Source: an uncultured Acidobacteriota bacterium (GTDB lineage: Bacteria; Acidobacteriota; Polarisedimenticolia; Polarisedimenticolales; DASRJG01). From it: a stretch of 64,000 nt of DNA. Location of the stretch: assembly GCA_964647625.1 (NCBI GenBank), contig CAZYHZ010000012.1, positions 1 through 64,000 on the forward strand. Direction: 5' to 3'. Below are positions 59,241 to 64,000 of the stretch, piece by piece (the stretch's first letter is position 1; every line of letters begins with the position of its first letter). A program made the translations under genes and the position numbers. Under the pieces are notes generated by a model, which searched no databases, had not been told where the DNA came from, and saw nothing but the letters and a program-made list of their open reading frames with translations.

Positions 59241-60578
59241 GTGGCCGAGCTTGCACTACGAGTGCGCGTATTCATCGCCTCCCCTAGCGACGTCAAACCG
59301 GAGCGCGACATCGCTGAGGAAGAGATCCGCGGTCTTGCGGATGAGGCCGCGCGGAGCGGCCTGCTCATCTCTCCCGACCGCTGGGAGCGCCTACGTCCGA
59401 CATTCGCGCCAGGACAGCCGACCCTGAACGAGGAATTGGAAAAAGCGGACCTGACCATTGCAATTTTCTGGTCGAGACTTGGCAAGGCGGTAGAGGGCGC
59501 TGAAACCGGCTCAATGCAGGAAGTCAGAATCGCGGGCGAGCGAGTCACACGCGGTCTTTCGGACGACCTGATCGTCTACTTTCGCACCTCGCCTGCTCCC
59601 GCAAACTCGTCTGCCGAACAAGTCGAAGCAGTCGCAGCATTTCGTCGCCGGCTCCACGAAGGGCACTTCCTTGCGACGACGGAGTACGAAAGCGTTGACG
59701 AGTTCAGGTCCTTGATTCAGCGCCACTTGCGCGAATGGCTCGAGCGCTGGAAGCCGGTGCCGAGGATTTGCGAATATGCGCTCAGTCGCTCCAGTCCGTC
59801 CGTAGACGCTCGCCAGCCTCTCGGAGAGAACCGCGTTCAGAGAGTGCTCAATCTATTCGACGCCTTCGAGAGGAAGTCGGTTGCAACCCATTTAGGCCGC
59901 CTGGCCGTAACGCGATACCAGCAAGATGGGCCCATGGCGATGCGGCGCCCGTTCTCTCAGCGCGAGACGGGTCTACCTCACGACAATTGGAATGAAGTGT
60001 CGGCGATGGCCCGAGAGAATGGTGAAGCGGTCACCGACGTTGCGGATATTCTTCAGGTTTACCATCTCTCTCCGGCGCCGTTCCTTAAGCACAACCGTGA
60101 CCAGTACCGTTTCTCTTGCGCGGAATGGTTCTACTTCTTTTGCGCCTGGGGGTTAATAGCGGAGATAACCGAGGGCAACGTCGAAGCGGTCGAAAGACGA
60201 CCGTACATCAATCCCGTACACCAGTACATCAAGGGTCTGACTCGGCGCCGAGCGGCGAACGTAAGTACGAATCTGATCGCGTGGCTTCTCAACGAGACTG
60301 GAATCACCGATGGTAAGCCGATTGCGCGCAACTTCGCCGCCTACGTTCTCGGCATGATCGGAGCGCGCGAGGCCGAGGATGCGCTCGCGCGCGCCCTCAA
60401 GGAGGACGACGGTGATGACGTACGGTTGTATTGCCTGACGTCGCTCGGAAAGCTACGGTCCCGCCGCTACCTGTCGTTGGTCGTCGACTTCTACGACGCC
60501 GCCCCTTCGGACGAGTTTCGTCTCGACGTTGCGAGGGCGGTCAGCCGGATTACCGGCGTTGCGATGTTTGAATTGTAG
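59241..60578 (+). CDS. DUF4062 (TIR-like) domain protein with C-terminal HEAT repeats
   Basis: GTG at 59241 downstream of GGAGG. RVFIASPSDVKPERDIAEEEI...LTIAIFWSRLG matches the DUF4062 signature. The C-terminal HEAT/PBS-lyase repeats read ARNFAAYVLGMIGAREAEDALARAL and DVRLYCLTSLGKL. Confidence 0.8.
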   Translation: MAELALRVRVFIASPSDVKPERDIAEEEIRGLADEAARSGLLISPDRWERLRPTFAPGQPTLNEELEKADLTIAIFWSRLGKAVEGAETGSMQEVRIAGERVTRGLSDDLIVYFRTSPAPANSSAEQVEAVAAFRRRLHEGHFLATTEYESVDEFRSLIQRHLREWLERWKPVPRICEYALSRSSPSVDARQPLGENRVQRVLNLFDAFERKSVATHLGRLAVTRYQQDGPMAMRRPFSQRETGLPHDNWNEVSAMARENGEAVTDVADILQVYHLSPAPFLKHNRDQYRFSCAEWFYFFCAWGLIAEITEGNVEAVERRPYINPVHQYIKGLTRRRAANVSTNLIAWLLNETGITDGKPIARNFAAYVLGMIGAREAEDALARALKEDDGDDVRLYCLTSLGKLRSRRYLSLVVDFYDAAPSDEFRLDVARAVSRITGVAMFEL

Positions 60579-60600
60579 AGCTTCACAGGAGGTTGATGAG

Positions 60601-62535
60601 ATGCGAGTTCAGATCACGGTACTGAAGCGGGCATTCATCGCAGTCGTGCATTGCCTTCTGGTCGGTGCCCCGTTCTCCGCCAAGGCAACGAGCCCACAAT
60701 CGGCGGAGCCGGACATGCTAGTGCTCTCACTAGGCACCCTCGACAACGCCACCGAGGACCATAGGGCCCATATCCGTGAGCGCCTGACCAACGACCCAGA
60801 TCTGGCCGTGGATCTCGATAAGCGACTCCTCGAAATCCAGATGGAGATCGCGCGGAAGACCGCTCCATTCGGGCCAGTGCTTCTGGTCGCTCCCGATGAA
60901 GCGACGAAGAACGCGATCTACGCTCGATGCGCAGAGTTTCAGATTTGCGATCTTATTCGACAGGACAACATGCGTTTGAAAGTGGTGGAGCACACCGGCG
61001 TCTGGGTGCGGGACTACGGCCCCCATGTTCAACTGGTAAATGGCGCGGCACGAGTCACGCATTGGAGATACTTCGATAATCGATCCGAAGAAGGAAAGAA
61101 TCAAGACATCAAGCAGCTCAACATGTACCTCCTCTCGCTGATCGAGACCCGCCTGAGACTCATCAACCCCGACGGATTGCTCGACGAGTCCAGCGATTTC
61201 TCGCTGGGCAATGCGGTCGCTGAGCTGGATTCCCAAATCAACCTCGTGCGCGAACTCACACAGACCCTCTCCGAAATGTCGCCCCAACGAAATGAAGACG
61301 ACAGTTCCGCATTCGACATCGCCGATGCGGCGCTTGCAAGTCCGGGATTCAGTTACGCAACGTCCAAGGTCGCGCTCGATGGTGGAAACTTATTGAAGCT
61401 GGAGGGAGATAGATGCCTGACGACACGTGCACTCCTCTCCAGAAACAAGGACCAACAGGTCGATGTCTACAAGGAGCTTCGGGACGTTGAAGGATGCAAG
61501 GAAGTCGTGTTCCTAGACCCCTTGCCCGGCCCAGTGATCGAACACATCGACATGTTTGCTCTTCCGCTCGGCCCAAAGAAGCTATTGTTGGCTTCCTATG
61601 ACTTAACGGATCCGCTTGTGCACGCACATTGGAGGGAGCTTAGCGACCCGGAGCGTTTCATGATGTTCGGCGCAGCTCTAGCGATGGACCGAAATGCCGA
61701 TCGGCTGAAGCAACTCGGATATGAAGTCATCCGTGTGCCCTCGCCGGCTCCCAGAATTCCTCGCCACGGCGATCCGTACTATCCAACTGTTCTCAATGCG
61801 GTCGTGCGAACGAACCGGGACAACCACCACCAGCTCCTCGTTCCCTTCTACAAAGGGTATCAGGAAGACATACAGGCGGCCGCACGATCGGTAATCAAAT
61901 CGGCGTACGGTCGAGACGCGGACGTCGTTACGATCGAGTCGAGCGAAGCCGCCAAGGCACAAGGCGCGATCCACTGCCTGACGCTGACGATTCCTTTGGA
62001 GATCTCGATATTCGGAGATCGAGCCGAAGCAGAGCGACGAGGGCAGTACTTGGCCCAAAAAGAAAAACTGGACCGCGACATCGCGACCGAGATTGCTGCG
62101 AGGATCCCTCCAACGGGCGTTGACGGTGTCTGGGCGATCCTGGACGAGGAGGACCAGCAGTTCAGCGCGGACATTACCGACCCGTCGCCGATGAGGATCT
62201 ACTTTGGTCGAGGCCGCCTCGAGCTCGGCAGTTTGAACACGCGGCTAATGTCCGGGACGTACGAAGTCGAGAACGAGAACCTGGACTCATGGTCATTGCG
62301 TATCAAGTTTGAAGATGATGACGAAAAGGCAGCAGCGCTCAAGTGGATGGGCAAAGACGAGGCCACGCTCCAATTGGGCGACGAGGATACCTGGGTGTTG
62401 AAGCGCTTGAATTACGGCGCGGCGTCACCGTTTGAAGACACGATCGTTGGGGAGGCCGTGGCACCGGAAACACTCAAGGGATCACGCATTCAAGAATCGG
62501 CCCCACACCACCGAAGGACGGGAACGGTGAAATAA
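60601..62535 (+). CDS. Secreted agmatine deiminase / porphyromonas-type peptidylarginine deiminase family protein with ~230-aa C-terminal extension
   Basis: ATG at 60601, 8 nt after AGGAGG, with a signal peptide. Guanidino-modifying-enzyme motifs are GVWVRDYGP, DGGNL, EHIDMF and GAIHCLT (catalytic Cys). Confidence 0.85.
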   Translation: MRVQITVLKRAFIAVVHCLLVGAPFSAKATSPQSAEPDMLVLSLGTLDNATEDHRAHIRERLTNDPDLAVDLDKRLLEIQMEIARKTAPFGPVLLVAPDEATKNAIYARCAEFQICDLIRQDNMRLKVVEHTGVWVRDYGPHVQLVNGAARVTHWRYFDNRSEEGKNQDIKQLNMYLLSLIETRLRLINPDGLLDESSDFSLGNAVAELDSQINLVRELTQTLSEMSPQRNEDDSSAFDIADAALASPGFSYATSKVALDGGNLLKLEGDRCLTTRALLSRNKDQQVDVYKELRDVEGCKEVVFLDPLPGPVIEHIDMFALPLGPKKLLLASYDLTDPLVHAHWRELSDPERFMMFGAALAMDRNADRLKQLGYEVIRVPSPAPRIPRHGDPYYPTVLNAVVRTNRDNHHQLLVPFYKGYQEDIQAAARSVIKSAYGRDADVVTIESSEAAKAQGAIHCLTLTIPLEISIFGDRAEAERRGQYLAQKEKLDRDIATEIAARIPPTGVDGVWAILDEEDQQFSADITDPSPMRIYFGRGRLELGSLNTRLMSGTYEVENENLDSWSLRIKFEDDDEKAAALKWMGKDEATLQLGDEDTWVLKRLNYGAASPFEDTIVGEAVAPETLKGSRIQESAPHHRRTGTVK

Positions 62536-62817
62536 GAGTATGGACGGCGGGCAAGCCGAACGACGGGATTAGGAGGCCACGCTGAATGACGGGATCGCTG
62601 ACTGCGTTGCCCACAGCTCAGAATTGGGTCGCTTTTCGCGCGCCGCATAACGGAAGCGCGTACTTTGCACATCTGGGAACAACGAGCCGAACGCCACATT
62701 CGGAAATGAATCTGCCGCTTGCGACGCGAGCGGTCGAGTGGAACCTCAAGTTGCGGACAAAGGCAGCAATAGGAACGCTAGCACCCGCAACCGTACGCCA
62801 GCGAAAAGGAGCAGCCC

Positions 62818-62994
62818 ATGATCAAGAACGATCCGTTCGGCAAGAAGTCGCCATTCCCCGCTATCCCCACGGTGACGGCGAGAGATCCGAAAACCGGCAT
62901 GAAAGCTACGGCGCTCACACGGGGAGGAGCGCAATTCAAACTGGAGTTCAAGACGGGAAAGAAGGTCCCGAATCCCACGTTCAAGAGGAGCTAG
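62818..62994 (+). CDS. Small hypothetical ORF (58 aa, Lys-rich; below ORF-track cutoff)
   Basis: ATG 8 nt after AAGGAG, giving MIKNDPFGKKSPFPAIPTVTARDPKTGMKATALTRGGAQFKLEFKTGKKVPNPTFKRS. It lies in a lower-GC region and is speculative. Confidence 0.3.
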   Translation: MIKNDPFGKKSPFPAIPTVTARDPKTGMKATALTRGGAQFKLEFKTGKKVPNPTFKRS

Positions 62995-63045
62995 GCAAGC
63001 AGAGTTGCGCGTCGGACCTCCGGGTCCGGTGCGCAGCTTCGTTCG

Positions 63046-63435
63046 TCACCCCTTCAAATACGCCACCACCTTCAGCTCCACGCTGATCGGCGTCGGCAGC
63101 GCGCCCACCTCGACGGTCGTCCTCGTCGGCCGATTCGTCGCGAAGTGCTCGGCGTAGAGCTTGTTGAAGGCGGGGAAGTCGGCGTGCATGTCGGTCAAGA
63201 AGACGGTGACGTCGACGATGTCGTCCCACGACGCGCCGGCGTCCTCGAGCACGGTGCGCACGTTGCGAAAGACGGCGAGCGTCTGCGCTTCGATGCCTTC
63301 GGGGATCTCCTTCGTGCCGCGCGAGCGCGGGCCGATTCCCGACAAGAACAGAAAATCGCCGACGCGCTTGGCGTGCGGGAAGGCGCCGACGGGCTCGGGG
63401 GCGCGCGAGCTGATGACGTCCTTGGGCTCGGTCAT
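63046..63435 (-). CDS. RidA/YjgF/L-PSP family protein (possibly 2-aminomuconate deaminase-type)
   Basis: ATG at 63435 overlaps the upstream ALDH stop (ATGA). RidA motifs are FLFLSGIGP, VFLTDMHADFPAFNKLYAEHF and TRTTVEVGALP. Confidence 0.85.
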   Translation of the reverse strand: MTEPKDVISSRAPEPVGAFPHAKRVGDFLFLSGIGPRSRGTKEIPEGIEAQTLAVFRNVRTVLEDAGASWDDIVDVTVFLTDMHADFPAFNKLYAEHFATNRPTRTTVEVGALPTPISVELKVVAYLKG

Positions 63436-64000
63436 GTCTTCACGCACACGTTCTTGGGCTCGGTGAAGAAGCGCATCGAATCGTCGCCGCCTTCGCGGCC
63501 CATCCCCGAGCCTTTGACGCCGCCGAAGGGGACGCGCAGGTCGCGCACCATCCAGCAGTTGACCCACACGGTGCCGGCTTCGATGCGGTCGGCGACGCGG
63601 TGGCCGCGCGCGAGGTTCTGCGTCCATACCGAGGCCGACAGGCCGTAGGTCGTGGCGTTGGCCAGCGCGACCGCGTCGTCTTCCGTCTCGAACGGCGTGA
63701 CGGTGGCGACGGGGCCGAAGATCTCTTCTTGATTGGTGCGGCAGTTCATCGGCAGGCCGGTGATGACGGTCGGCTGGATGAAGTAACCGTTCTTGCAGCG
63801 CGGATCGTCGGGCGAGACGGCACGGCCGCCGCACTGGATCGTTCCGCCTTCGGTCTTCGCAAGCTCGATGTGGCCCATGATCTTCTCGAAGTGCTGCTTC
63901 GAGACGACGGCGCCTTGCTCGGTCGCCGGGTCGAGCGGGTCGCCCTGGCGCAGCGTCTGCGCGGCGGCGACGAAGCGTTCGAGGAACGGCTCGTAGGCGC
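63432..64000 (-). CDS. NAD(P)-dependent aldehyde dehydrogenase, C-terminal part (gene continues beyond window end)
   Basis: ALDH motifs are EEIFGPVATV, GLSASVWT and VWVNCW. The N-terminus lies outside the window. Confidence 0.85.
   Translation of the reverse strand, partial: AYEPFLERFVAAAQTLRQGDPLDPATEQGAVVSKQHFEKIMGHIELAKTEGGTIQCGGRAVSPDDPRCKNGYFIQPTVITGLPMNCRTNQEEIFGPVATVTPFETEDDAVALANATTYGLSASVWTQNLARGHRVADRIEAGTVWVNCWMVRDLRVPFGGVKGSGMGREGGDDSMRFFTEPKNVCVKT

Overview
This is a ~70% GC bacterial chromosomal segment from a Gram-negative organism. The outer-membrane beta-barrels, DUF4388 domain, Myxococcus-type Cys-rich repeats and porin-cytochrome genes suggest Myxococcota/Acidobacteriota-like, but this is uncertain. 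No rRNA, tRNA, CRISPR array, IS element or integrase could be found by eye. Many translationally coupled gene pairs with 4-nt GTGA/ATGA/TTGA start-stop overlaps are present.

The left ~37.6 kb is core/accessory chromosome. It encodes:
- a response regulator plus DUF4388 pair
- a coupled operon of ankyrin, DUF4838, TPR and PMT-like proteins
- a cardiolipin synthase
- a flotillin/SPFH protein
- two TetR/MFS efflux-like loci
- a periplasmic alpha-carbonic anhydrase
- an LpxR-like outer-membrane protein
- a DedA-rhodanese fusion with an in-frame TGA at the catalytic position, coupled to an O-methyltransferase
- a Ser/Thr kinase with a TPR tail
- two large secreted beta-propeller/Cys-rich repeat proteins (863 and 1892 aa)
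- an ECF sigma-YciI-VOC operon
- an MtrAB/PioAB/MtoAB-type porin-decaheme cytochrome module with a monoheme cytochrome c
- an arsRM/arsC cluster

The right ~25 kb (about 37.7-62.6 kb) has visibly lower GC (~55-62%) and reads like a horizontally acquired conflict/defence island. It holds:
- a SLATT-TIR-KGGVGR ATPase/HEAT operon
- a tightly coupled four-gene operon of a trypsin-like protease fused to an S1/P1 nuclease, an unknown protein, a TIM-barrel-like protein and an NDT-like protein
- a 1041-aa protease-NUC nuclease-TPR-protease giant
- a lytic transglycosylase
- a TIR-TM protein
- a SLOG-like protein coupled to an NDT-like-TPR protein
- a DUF4062-HEAT protein
- a WD40 gene remnant
- a secreted agmatine-deiminase-family enzyme

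The window ends with RidA and a partial aldehyde dehydrogenase.
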